From assembly GCA_028023455.1 (NCBI GenBank), contig JAQFVV010000011.1, positions 5,394,001-5,458,000 on the forward strand: a stretch of 64,000 nt of DNA, in the 5' to 3' direction. The stretch is from Epiperipatus broadwayi. Taxonomy: Eukaryota > Animalia > Onychophora. This document shows positions 1-13,385 of the stretch, piece after piece. Made by a program: the position numbers and the translations under genes. Numbering within the stretch: position 1 is the first letter of the stretch; each line of letters opens with the position of its first letter. The notes under the pieces are model-generated. The model made no database searches. It saw only the letters and a list, made by a program, of their open reading frames with translations, and had not been told where the DNA came from.

Positions 1-1876
1 TATGTTCTTTTAAATGTCAACAGAAGATCATTTAGCCATTAATTGTTTATAAACTTATGATGATATTTTTTACATATTAATTAATTTCTGTCATACAAAA
101 AAGTTGCTCAATGTATATATATGTATCCCAAGATAGATTTACTGCACTCATTATATTATTTATAAACACGCACACACACACACACAAATCCTGTCTTTTT
201 CAAAAACAATACTTAAAATTATATTATTTGAATCAATGTGAATAATTTGTGCAGAAGCAAAATAATAAAATTTATGTGAATCCAGGCATATATATTGAAA
301 TGATATTTCATATGACTATATTCAATGTCTATTTTATGTGTGCAAATATATTTAATCACAAAAGAAATTTTAAATTTTATTTAAGGAATAAATTAATTAA
401 GAATATCACATTGAAATACTGAATATCAATGAGAATGCTGAACTATTTTGTTTTAAAAGTAATTTTACACAATCTTAGAGATAAATCTCAAGAAAGGTAA
501 AATAAAATAAGTAAGAATACTTGGATTCAAATTACAATTTTGGGATTTTATGAGCATCATGTTCTCTTTTGTTTAAATAAGATCAATTTTGTTAACTTTA
601 GAATTTCATGTTGATCTATTATGATTTTAGCAATATAATTAATGAAAAAAAGTTTATTTCTAAAACTGATAATGATAATTCTACAATTGGATGCTTAAAT
701 TAGAAACTTTAGAACAACTCTCATTGTTTTCATTGGTCTTTTATGTTAAGTGATATTTGGATTATTGAATGGAAAACTTTCCAAAAATTATTTTATCTCA
801 GTATAAATATTGTGCATAAAATGATTATAGGTCATTCTTATTACTTCTATTAGAACAAAAGCCTCGTGTTCTTCAAATTTGATAGACTGCTCTGCTGAAC
901 TTGTCTCAGTTTATGACTTACAGGATAGATGGCAGGCATCAAATGGGTAGTCTCAATAAACCACCAATGATTATTTATTGGTGCTATAAATGGATCCCTG
1001 AAGTATATGCTCAATCATGTAATCACATATTATTAATTCTGAAGGTACTTATGTTTTAGTCCAGGCAGCAAAATTTTAGTCTTCATTAACATTATCATTA
1101 TTATTATCTATGATTGCTAAATATTTGATAGTATGTTTTATTTATTTAATAACTTTTAGCTATCACTGATCTACTTATGCCTTAAAAATGGCCATCTTTT
1201 GCTATGTAAATAATACAGAAATGAAGTTATTATTTACAACTTCGTTAAAAATAATTATTTAAATCTTTGAATAATTAAATAAAATATATTATCAAATATT
1301 TAGCAACCATAAATAATCATAAGTAATGAAGACCAAAAGTCTCACCACTAGTACGGTCCTGAAAACAGACATCATCTTAAACCAATTGAAACAAAATCAT
1401 TGTTATCATTCCTCAAAGACTGAGCTATATAAATCGCCAACAGAAGGTTGCCACTTAGATTAAACTGTTCAGATAAAATTCACCATATTGAATTTTTTAA
1501 GAATTGATTTGAGACCCAATATTTACAATAACTTCAGTTTTAATAATGTCAGAGCAAAATGTTATATATTGTCGGAAAATAGAAATATCAAGAGGAAAAA
1601 TAAAGTTAAGAAAAATAGTGATTACCATTTAAAAACTTAGGGGGAGGGGGGAAATTTCTATATTCTAAACAATTATTAATTTATTGCTTGTTCATAATTC
1701 TTAATTAATGATAACTAAAGTTTTTAAATTACGTTTTTATTGATAATTTCATTATATTTCTCACAAAATTCTGATTCAAGACATATGTAATATCTCTTAC
1801 CTGAGATAATTGATAGCTTCAGTACTTACAAAAATAGAATAGTGAGAATTTATTTATTTATTTTTTCATATGTCAA

Positions 1877-1933
1877 AGCGTTGACCGGAAGCGAACCCGG
1901 GCCAGCTGCTTGGAATGCAGCTATGCTAACCGC
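1877..1933 (-). pseudogene. 5'-truncated tRNA-Gly(TCC)-derived sequence
   Basis: Minus strand reads GCGGTTAGCATAGCTGCATTCCAAGCAGCTGGCCCGGGTTCGCTTCCGGTCAACGCT. This matches the 3' three quarters of eukaryotic tRNA-Gly(TCC): anticodon arm GCTGC-attccaa-GCAGC, T-arm GGTTCG. The 5' acceptor strand and the first half of the D arm are absent. Confidence 0.75.
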
Positions 1934-2913
1934 AAATTAAATATTATGAAATTATCTTCAACAAATATAATAAATAAATAAAAAAAATTCAATCAGCATG
2001 ACAGTGAAAAAAAAAAGAAAGGGGAAGGTAAAATCATCACTATTACTACTTATTATAAATACAATAAACAAGTAAAAATGCATTAATTTGAAATTCCAAT
2101 TAAGATCATCATGGTAATATACACATGCATGTTTATCATAAAACTGGTGTGTACATATGTATGCATTGTGCAAGTCCTGCTAAAAGTTATGAAAATTTGA
2201 TAGTCTGAAAAGCAAGATGCACTACAAATTTGAGCTCTTAAGTTTCTAATTTGCTCAAAAATTTGTTGATTTTAGACTTTTGATAAACCAGTCTTATTTA
2301 AAACATCTTCATACTGAATAACCATCACCAATATACAAAATATGATGATCAAAATAACATTCATTCAAATGATAAAATACTTTATAAATTTAGAATCTGC
2401 AAGAATTTTTCATTTCAAAAGGCAGTCAAAGATTTTTTGGAAATAAAAAAATATTCATAATTTCACATTTAGAACTAAACATATTTTTATTTTTTACTAA
2501 AAAGGTTAAAAATTCTAAGGCACATATTTATAAAAAAAAGTCCATTGTGTCTATATTCTACCCTCTTTCATGGTATAAGTCTACCTAATATATAAATGCA
2601 AAATATTAAATATAGTATTTGATACTATTGAATATTGTTATTAATAAAAGATAACACATTCCAGACCATCAATTGGCAAAAGTAATCCGAAATAAAGCTG
2701 ACACGGATCCTAATTTGCTTTGCACAGATCTATTATGGAAGTAATATTATAGATGCAATTTTATTTTTGTTAAAAAACAGATGCTAATGTCTGCAAAATA
2801 AAATACAAAACAGATGACTTATGATCTGACACATTTTCCCAATTATTCTTTTTTTTTTTAATAACATATTTATTGATTTCATTAATAATTTTCCCACACA
2901 TTTGTCTATTATA

Positions 2914-3060
2914 AAGTAAAAATAAATAAATCTAAAATTGAATGCTCACATGTAATGGGACATTTAATACCTAGATAATTTTACTATATATTTTATCAAA
3001 AAGTAAATAAAAAATATCTAAAATTGAATACTCACATGTAATGAGGACCTTTATATCTGG
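2914..3060. repeat. Degenerate direct duplication, period about 87 bp
   Basis: tctaaaattgaat(g/a)ctcacatgtaatg occurs at about 2931 and 3017. Confidence 0.7.
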
Positions 3061-4599
3061 AGTCTTCATAAAATTGCCTATATTTACCTGTTATTCAATT
3101 ACATTAGATGGGATATTAGTAATTTGTTGGGATAAAGGGCCTCGCCTACTGCTAATTTTAGCAGGTACATACTGTCTATTTTTTTTCTTGATTTTAGCTG
3201 ATAATGGAACTTCTTCCAAGGACAAATTAGAATTAGATAATTCATTTGAATTTCAGGACGACAAACTATCTTCAGATCCAAAGACCTAGAAGTTGCAAAA
3301 TTTTGATACTTGTTGAATCCGTTTCTGGGATCATTGCTATTGTTATAAAATTCATGTCATGTTTTTTCCATACAATCTAATCTGAGAATTATTACTAAAA
3401 AAAAAAATTATAAAAAATCCAATTTTTGTCAGAGAAAACATAGTGTTTTCTATTCAAAAGAGGTGTGTGTGTGTGTGCAGAAAATGAAAGTATTGGCATA
3501 TGTGTAGTCCACGTATTTTTTCTTGAAATTATAAAATGAAGACAAAGCTATTATAATTTTAAAAAATAAGCAGTATTTGTAGATACAGTTACAGCTCATT
3601 AAGTAAATAAAAATGAAGACAATTTCTTTTAAATACGAATTCTAGTTTTAAAATATTAGAACAAAATTTTATTGACATAGATTTTCTGTATATTTATTAT
3701 CTATTCCATTTGTAATTATTATCAATTTCTTAAGATATAATAGATTTATTATTAAGATTTATTAGTATATTTATGTATTTGTATCATAATTCTTATCAAT
3801 TAGAAAATTAGTTCATATTTTGTTTTTTATAAGTTGAAATGATTAAATTATTAATTTCATTTATTCCATTAAATAATTTAAAAACAAAAATTAATCTTTA
3901 TTTTATTGTCATTCTCCATCACAAACTAGTTACTGAAATAAATGCTGATTAAATCTAAATAATCAGATTACAGTGTAATATTATTTGAATCACAATTATT
4001 GAATAAAATTTAATCCTGAGAAGTAGTAAGTTATGTAATCAAGAATAAGATTTAATGGCTGAGGTATTGAATTGAATTACTCATGGGAATCAAAGTGATA
4101 TTTATTACTATTGACAAATTAAAGATTAGTGAGAAGTTAAAAGATTTTATTGTATAGTAATTTATTCTGAGCATAACCTAACATGAATCTTAATATATCA
4201 TTATTTTGCTCTCTGTTATGATCTAAGTGACCAGAATGTGAGTAGATATTTTTTCTTGAAAGCTGGTTTGAAACATTATTGAAGTTTCTAAGTCAAGAAG
4301 AAATGAAATTAAGATTACAATAGATTATATGACTGATACAATTTCTGTTCAAATTTTTCATCCATATGTAGCCATTCCCCAAGGTTTCAAAACTTTCATC
4401 CAGGGAAGTATAACTAGTTTAATTAATAGACTGAATTGCAGTTTACATAGTCCAATATTGCTTTAGCTTTTATGGCATTACTAATTTATTTCTAGAAATA
4501 TTTTCAATTTCTCAGTAAGAAGGTGAAACAATTATATTATTTATCCAACCATAGAGTTCACAATACTTAGAACTATTGGTATACTGATAGTTAATTCGG

Positions 4600-7500
4600 T
4601 ACTTTTCTATTCTATTGCATCAGCCGCTTGATGGTATTGATGTTAAGCAAAAACACGTACATATCTCGTTCTTTGTGAAAGAATATAGAAATTATACGGG
4701 TTAACGTAATTCGTTAATTTCCTTAATAACATTTACTGGAATAATTTTATGTAAACATACATTATTGCAAATATTATATGCTAGTAGAATTGCCTGTTTG
4801 GCAAAACCTTCCCCCCCCTTCCTCGCAAACTTTACAACTACATCATGGTGGCCAAAAAATGATGCTGAGAATGCTTTAATTACTGAACTGTCTTTTAGTT
4901 TTTCAGGTCATTTTTGGAAAAGATTTAATTTTATTTATTGATTGATTTCTTACAATAGCTATCTTTGAAAGATAATATGTGTATGGATCTTAATGGCACA
5001 TCTATTAAGTACGATTAATAATTTCCAACTCGATCGGCTTTTTTTTAATTTTTTTTATTCCACCTTTTTGGTTGGATATTTCAAGATTAATTAATCAATG
5101 GATTTGGTATTTGGAAAATTACTTTTGGTTTCTCTGGATAGAACTATGAGAATTTTCACACCCATACATCCTTTTTTATTGTGTGTCCAAAGGTTTAACA
5201 TAATTCATTCCAATTTCCTTCATCAATTTCTGTAATTTAGTTTAGAACAATTTGACACTACCAACAAATCAAATTTCAAAACCCGCTTGTCCAACTCGCC
5301 CTGAAAAGTCAAATATTAGTCCTGCGATGTAGGACAGAGGGCTATTCCCTTTTCACATTGTAACGGTCAGAAAACGTGTGACTCGTAAACATAGTGCAGA
5401 ATTCGACCACCATACAGAACAGCAGCACCATCGAGTAGCGAAGCCACCCGTGGTACTGAGTTCGAACATAGTTTATCGGTTCCACACTACAATCCACGAA
5501 ACAACGCATCTGATGCGACATTAGTAAATATTTCCTTAGGCACGGTGGTCAGGGATATGCAAGAGACTCATGATTTTCTCGAGTTAGCCAATCACCAAAC
5601 TAATATTAATTAAACATTCATATTTACATAATCGAGGAAATATTATATAGAATGGGTATCGAATAAATGAAACGTAACTGCAGACGTATAGTTTAAAATT
5701 ATTTATTAATACATTTTAATAAAATCATTTACTAATAAGATTTTAGGGATTCAAAGCTTCAGTAGTGGAATTTGCGACCTGATTATATTTTACAGAATAC
5801 ATTTATTTATTTAGACATTATTTTATATTGAGGATTTCAGTAGCGGTATTTCCGATACTGAAATGTTTACAAAAGGAATTCACTTATTTGTTTGCATAAT
5901 CTAGCTACCTAAAATTCTCGAGTGAGTATTTCTAATGCATGCCTTGGGGAATTTATACCTTTGCAATGCAAGAGTCTAAAGTATGGGTTATAAGAGTAAC
6001 GGCAGACATATATTTATTTAATTAAAATATTTATTTATAACTAAGGGCAAACATTTATTTGAGAGTGAATTACGAAGATAATGCAGAGGCGGAGTGATAT
6101 ATAGAATAATAGAATTGAGCAAAGGAACACGTGGTACACTTTAGAAAGGCGATATGGAATGGCAGTATATTGAAACTGCAATGCCACGAATGGGTTTATA
6201 AGAATATCAGACTGGTCTCTGCCTCGGTCCGACGAAGTAAGGTGTCACATAAGCATAACCAGGGACAAGCGGTACGTGGCACAATTTGCCGGCTGGCTGC
6301 ATGACATTGTCAAATCCTACGGGAGCACCCATTATGCCCGCTTGTGTAGGACGACTGGGGTTAATTTCAACCCTGAAGAATCCGGAAATTTCACGGCGGA
6401 ATGGGTCATCGCGTCTCTAAAACGTAACACGTGTATACTGATAATTGATTATGATGAGATTTAAATAGATTTCTAATTCGGCTCTACATTATCAACATTT
6501 ACTAAAGAATGTTGGTGACTCTCAAAGAAATGTAATTTTCTGGAATTATTCACTGATTATTTAATAAATACAAAACATATATAACTTGGGAATTATTATA
6601 ACTAATACGTCAGCCATTTGCGAAGTAGTAGACCCCTGCATTACAATAAATGAAGCATTGAATGCGTGTCGATTTATATGAAAGTTAAGTTATTAAAGAA
6701 AGTAAATATTAATGAAAATTTGACACGCATTCATTGTTTTAAGCGATCATAGATTTAAACTTTGAAAATTGAAATAATTATGAGCATGCAATAATTAAAT
6801 AATAACTATAGATAGAAATGTAGATTATAGAAATACGCACCCAAGAAAGACAGAGTGAGGTAAGCTAGATTATTAGAGAAATTAACATGTTAAATTAATT
6901 ATTCAGTTTTATTTATACATATGGTCGTTTTACATTTTATAATTTAGATAAGTAGTATGAAGAAGAGCTATAGCATATTATTAGAGTACTCTAGAGTTTG
7001 AACACAGACAGGTACCTGTTTTATAAGAAGTTTTCTGATTCCATTAATTTAGCAGCAAAAAGTTCACGAGTGGCAAGTCTTTCTTGTATTTAGATATTCA
7101 TTTAATTTCATGGCAGCAGCAGCTTTCTCACTCATTTCAGACAGCAGATCTTCATGGTGAATTTATGACGGGCAATGAGAGCTCAGCATCCGATAGGCCA
7201 CCTCCCGATGGAGAATAATCTAGGTGCTTTACTCGGTCATACCTTGGCAGGAACAAATTATTTTTATATTTTTGGAGACTCTCAGTGATCGAGAGCAAAG
7301 CTAAAGTTTAAGTGAATGTCTCCAGCAAGTCTAAGATGGCCTCTTTTCTTATCTTGATCTTTCACATTTTTGTTAAGATATTTTTAGGTTCTACTTAATC
7401 TGCCCTGAGGATAATCAATGCATTTAGTTGGTTTTTTTAATTAAAGAAAGCTGCCATTCTATTGTTTACATTTTACATTTACTAATTACATTTTTGGGGA

Positions 7501-8000
7501 ATTTTTCTTTAATTAATCTATTATCTATCACTGACCGATGCTTTTAAATTTCAAAAACAAAAAGGGAACATAAGATTATTTTAACTTTTAATTAAATATA
7601 ACATCAGATATTTTTAGAATTATTATTAAACGAAATTTAAACAAAGCAATAAATACGAACTTTATAATCCAAAATAAATGATTAAAATTATACAAAATTA
7701 TATAACTAAAAGAAATCTAAATTATATTATTTTATCCCTATTTATTGCGTTTAATTTGAGATCGAAATGTGTGCATGTTTATGCTGAATTCTACATATAT
7801 TTATACATTTTTAATATTGTTACACACACAATTCGATATCAAAAGTTTAAATTTGGGCGGGATAGACCGGTCAGTGAGAGACGACAGAAAAAGGTGAAAC
7901 TTAAGATTCGAATACGAATCTTACTGTTTCAACATCCACAAGAATTAAAACTTTATCAATTGACCTACTTATTGCAAAGATTCTACTCCAGTAGAATTAC
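4600..8000. promoter_or_regulatory. CpG-retaining region, candidate promoter / CpG-island-like domain
   Basis: CpG clusters at about 5280-5600, 6130-6430, 7060-7300 and 7820-7920, in a window where CpG is otherwise rare; CCAAT motif near 5587. No transcript evidence. Confidence 0.35.
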
Positions 8001-9007
8001 TAAATTCCCTGTGCAGGCTGGCTTCTGTGGATGGCAGTTGGCCCGATTTCGATCTGTCAGCCATTTTATTTGTCATGGACAAGTTCTTATGAAAATGTGA
8101 CTATTCACATGAGCTTATTGAAATCTTGCTTGGACCTACCCTTTCTGAATTGATGATTCCACGTTGAGTAGGGAAGTGTGGCGATGGGTGGACAATTGTT
8201 AGGAGGTAATAGTAGGTCGAATGACTTGTAAGCTAATTCCTTTGACATGCATATTTGAAGAGTTGTGGCAGGCTGAAGTTGATACACCTCACATGATACT
8301 GTAACAAACGTTGATCTGTGAGCATTGGGATAAATTGCATAAGACTAAAACAGGCTGGCTGCTGCTAAACGGCATCTTTTCTATGCTTTATAGCATAGAA
8401 ATGAATGCCATCATTTGTGGCCACTGGCTGACACATATTAAACAGCCTCTTTCTGTGCCTTTTGGTATAGATATGTAGGCTTAGAAGATGGCAGCCATGT
8501 AAATGGCATATTTATGTGCTTTTTGCATATAAATAGCACCATCAAGCAGCTGACATGATAGAATAGAAAATTACCATTAATTCAATATATATTCTCTGAT
8601 TCAATTGGAAAATTTCAAGTGGCAAGTAAGAAATTACCATCCCGTCTAGTGTCGAATGAACCAAATCTCTCTAAACTTGGATTTTCTATTCTTGTTTTCA
8701 CAAAGATATGGATCCCTTCTTCAGATTCTGTTACACCATTTAATATGTTTTTTTAATACTGTTAAACTTTTCTAGTCATAAATAGTAGAAGAAAAATTTT
8801 TTAATAAGATAATATATCTCATAATATGAGGATGGCCATTCTGAATGTTAGTGGAATTAATTTTACTCAAAAAATATATTATTCATTTGTTCATATTCCA
8901 TTTATGTGAAGGGGGTTTTTTTTTTTAAAAAAAAAATCTTAACTGAGACCAAAATCAGTATGTTATTATAAATTAATTTAAGTGTTAAAAACAACTATTT
9001 ATTTTTA

Positions 9008-10050
9008 TTAATTCTAAGTGCTCAGAAAGCTAAAATAAGAAAGATGTATCTTAAATTGAGCTAAGCACTTTCAATATCTTGGTTATGATATCATATTCAT
9101 AACAATGAGTAGTGGACAGGAGGGTGGTGGGTATAAATAGGATGTAAAATGAATTAGATAGCCCACGTTTTAGAAAGAGGGAAGCAGGATTCCTTTTTAT
9201 TTATGGAGTTCTAGTTATTGGCAATGTACTATGCCTCCTTTATCTTATGCTTGGAGTCATTTTTATTCCAAGTGTACAACATTGGCTCATGTAGCCTCAA
9301 ATGTATGGTTGAGTATGGGTTGATATTCCAGAAATATGGATTTGTGTTCTGGGTTGCTTTTGGCCCTTTTGTAGAGATATTAATGTTGGGACAATCTTGT
9401 TTCAAGGCTGGTGTATAATTCTCCATAGTAGACTGCAGACTGCATTACAATCAGTTTGAGGGCAGGCAATCTTGTAAACAGTGTAGGGAATATGTTTGAT
9501 GGGGAATTTATTTTTGGAGTTGTTGATTAATCTATTTATAGAGATTGGGGTATGAAAGCTGATTGTATGACAGCATATTTTGTTTATGTTCATGGAAATA
9601 TTTGGAATACAAGGGAGCAATATCCGTAGCTTGGAGTCTGATGGAGAGGGTTTTGTTTTAGAATTTGTTGATAATGTTAGTGGGTGACCAATGAGATATA
9701 AGTCATTAATGTATTTATCGATGTTGGCCTTCCGGTCCATTTCTAGTTTGTATAGCTGTAAATTTTTATATAGAAAAATTGGTAGACTGGCATATTTGTG
9801 TTAGTTGGGGGTGATGAATCAGGTTGTATATAGCCTCTGATTTTGATAGGTTTAATTTCCATTTTATAATTTAAATGGGCACTCTCCCTTTGATTGTATA
9901 TGTTGATATTTTATTTCTTTTTGAGAGCGTTCTGTTTTTAAGTCCATTTTAAAGCAGATTGATGTTCTTAATTTGGAGCTTATTTACTATCAAATCCTCA
10001 TTTGAGTTTGTCAATAAAATTAAAAATCTTAACTATTGGCTACCAATGCA
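9008..10050 (-). mobile_element. Penelope-like element relic, left arm (RT C-terminus, GIY-YIG endonuclease, 3' end)
   Basis: ORF 9402-9740 contains LRILLPCIPNIS...YTVYKIACPQTDC, typical of the PLE linker and GIY-YIG start. Nucleotide sequence is the inverted homolog of 10330-11281. Confidence 0.75.
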
Positions 10051-10159
10051 GGATAGCATCTCTCAACATTACTGAGTTATATGGATGAATAAACAGTAAA
10101 CAGTCAATCAACATCACAAAATACACTTTCACATGTAATTAGTTTTATATTTGATTGTT

Positions 10160-11281
10160 TACACTAAATTAATAAAAACATCACAGCTCCCTTTAATGGA
10201 CAACACTGCAATATGGAAATTGGCTGGCCAATAGGACTATCAGTAAGTGGAATTATATCCAGTATATTTTTTAACAGCATTGAAACAGATGTATTTTCTA
10301 AATATTTTGAAAATATACTAGGTAGAATGTTCACACAATACATCAATGATCTCTTCAGTCATGCTACAGAGCTTTAAATTAATAGCATGAAACATAAGCT
10401 TGCACAGAAATCTGCATTAACATGGACTTTAAAACATGACTCTAAAAAAGGAATAAAATACCTCAATGTATACATCCTAAGGGAGAATGCCCACCTAAAT
10501 TATAAAATTGTAATTAAATTCATTGAAATCAGAGCTATATAACTGTGATTCCATCATCCCCAACTCAAATAAATATGCTGGTCTAACAACTTTTCTATAT
10601 AGAAATTTATGTTGATGCAAACTAGAGTTGGACCAGAAGGCCAGTATCGACAAATACAAATGACTTATATCTCTTTGAGTTCAAATACAGGTTACTCACT
10701 AACACCAACAAATTTTACAACACCCCACCCTTTATAGACAGGTTAATCAACAACTCCAAAGATAAATTCCTCACTGAACAAACTCTCCACATGGTTTACA
10801 AGATTGCCTGCACTCAAGCTGGCTGTACTATAAAAAATCATGTGCCAACCTTGTAATAAGATTGTCCCAATATCAATATCTTTACAAAAGGACCAAAAGT
10901 AATCCAGAACATAAATCCATATTTCTGGAACATCAAAACACACTTGGCCATACATTTGAGCCTACATCAACCAGCATTGTGCATATAAAATTAAATAACT
11001 CCAAGCTCAAGATCAAGGTAGTATTGTATATCGTCGATAACTCAAACTCTATAAATAAAAATGAATCCTGCTTCCCTTTTTTTAAAATGTGAGCTATATA
11101 ATTTATTTGGATACATTTACATAAATTTACATCCTATTTATAATCACCATCCTCCTGTCTGCAACTCATTGCTATGAATATAATATCACAATCAAGATAC
11201 TGAAAGAACTAAGCTCAATTTAAGATACATCTACACTGAAACTTTTCTTATTTTAGCATTCTAAGCCCTTAGAATTTAATT
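10160..11281 (+). mobile_element. Penelope-like element relic, right arm with RT core
   Basis: From about 10170 reads FNGQHCNMEIGWPIGLSVSGIISSIFFNSIE...QYINDLF (decayed PLE RT motifs G.PMGS and RYVDD). 10862-11092 gives SIFLEHQNTLGHTFEPTSTSIVH (GIY-YIG C-terminal part). Many stops and frameshifts. Confidence 0.75.
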
Positions 11282-13385
11282 ACACCTTGTTTAGGAGAAG
11301 TTTATCAATTTATATATTTATTTTTATCTAAACTTAATGGTTGTCCAACATAGGGGATAGTCATTATAGACCCCATAAATTTTGCTATAAAATAATTTTA
11401 AACATTTTTTTTTTTTTGCATAAATTTAATTGAAATTTTTTTTCCTTTAGGCATTTGTTAGTTATATTTGGTATAATAGAATATTAACAAAAAGCTCTTC
11501 CAGAAGTTATTTATTTTTACTTTTGTGTATCTTCATAGAAGCAATATCACTGACTTGACATAGAGCCCTTGAAAATTTTATAAAAATTTTTAAAAAATAT
11601 TCTTACATTATTTATTTTTGTAAACCAGAAAGTGACAAGATTGTCAAACAAATTAATGATCGATATTTTATACTTTAATAAAGATTTTGGTGCATAGTCA
11701 AAAGCTATAAAAATATTTGTCCCTTCTTTTATAAGTAATCCCTTAAATTTGTATATATTTTTAATACCAAAATATTAAATAGGTGTGTTTTATTTATTTG
11801 TGATACTGCAATGAACAACAGAAAAAAAAATTTACTATGAAAAGAGGTGTTCAACAGTTTGAATAAATTATTATCATGAAGAAAAAGAAAGTATATACAG
11901 GGTCTTTTATTTTTAAGAAATTTTATTTTCTTCTATTGCAGCTGAATCTGCAGCCTTCATCAAATATCTGTTGAATCTTTTATATAAAAGGTTGCAAATT
12001 TAACTGAAACAATTAAAATGGCTTCATAAAGTGTAAAATAGAGATATAATGTTTTGTATTTAATTGAGCAATAAAGAGTTAGTGAAGACATTTAATCATC
12101 TATAAAATATAAAGAGTTAAAAAAAAAATTATGGAGGAAAAAATAATTATCAGAAAAATCCTTTGTTATATGATAATAAAAGTTAGCTTTCATTTTTTCT
12201 TTTATACAATTGTACTATTATAAACTATTATCCATATTTTATAACTGCCTTAATAATAACCAGTTTATATATTGTAATGGATAAATATAGTTCCATATAT
12301 AACTGTACTAGAAGGCACCACTAGATAATACATCTAGACTTCTTTCCTATAACATTGTAATTTAATATTATTCAATATTATAAAAAAATATCAAAGAAAG
12401 AAGTTAAGTTTACTAGCATATTGGGAGGCTTTAAATTATAAAATGAAATTCTTCCATCTAATAATAAATTTTGAAGTAAAAAGATAAATTTATCCAGCAT
12501 GAGTTACATTTGGACACTTATTAATTTAGCATATCAATATTTTATATTTTATAATTCAAATAATCGTCACTAATAAAGTAAACAAAATAATTTATTTTAA
12601 AAATAAAGTAACAATAATGTCATTGTAATAGCTATCAGTATTTAAATTCATAATTAAAAATCAACAAATGCATGCATGATCAATAATCCAAGATATTGTC
12701 AAACCAAACCAAGTCAAACTTTATATCAAGAATTAATAACATAGTAACTTATGCACCGAGGGTTATAAAACTAAGCAATGGATGAAATGCCTGTTATATA
12801 TAAAATTAACTCATTACTATAATATTTTAAGTAATGGTGTAAAAACAACAACTATTTTTAAAACTTTATATATAAAATATTTAAATATTACTTCTTTATT
12901 ATAGCCGTATTTATAAATATATGACATTGCTCCTGAAAATATTTATTACAAAAGTGAAGTCATTATAAAAGTGAAGCCATAGGAAATTTATAACTAGAAC
13001 TAACCACCAATATCAAGGAAACCCATTCAATAGCATTATCTAAATTGTTAATACATGCAGCATTGGCCAAATCCCGCATACAAAATAAATATTTATAAAC
13101 ATAAATTTATAAATGTTACCATAATCTGTACTGAAATATGATATCTATAAAATAAGAATAAATTATCATTTATCACATCCATATTATTTTTAAATACTAC
13201 ACTAAAACATTTAAAATATTAAATTGTATATAAATTTTATAAATACACATATTCATTGGTACAATATTTATGAACTGACAAATTATAAATGATTAATATC
13301 AATATGAAATATTTATATGAAAGGCAGTTTATTATAAAAAAAAATATTTATTAAAGATTTATAAATTGTTTTGTCATTTCAATTT

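Noticed and set aside
3060-3370. Possible minus-strand exon or transposase N-terminus (SEDSLSS...EEVPLSAK)
   Set aside because: In-frame stops in the most protein-like frame and no diagnostic motif.
6381-6405. ctgaagaatccggaaa as a hammerhead core
   Set aside because: No plausible stem II/III geometry or cleavage triplet.
8090-8340. Possible Tc1/mariner or hAT C-terminal relic
   Set aside because: Resemblance too weak; different frames suggest different families.
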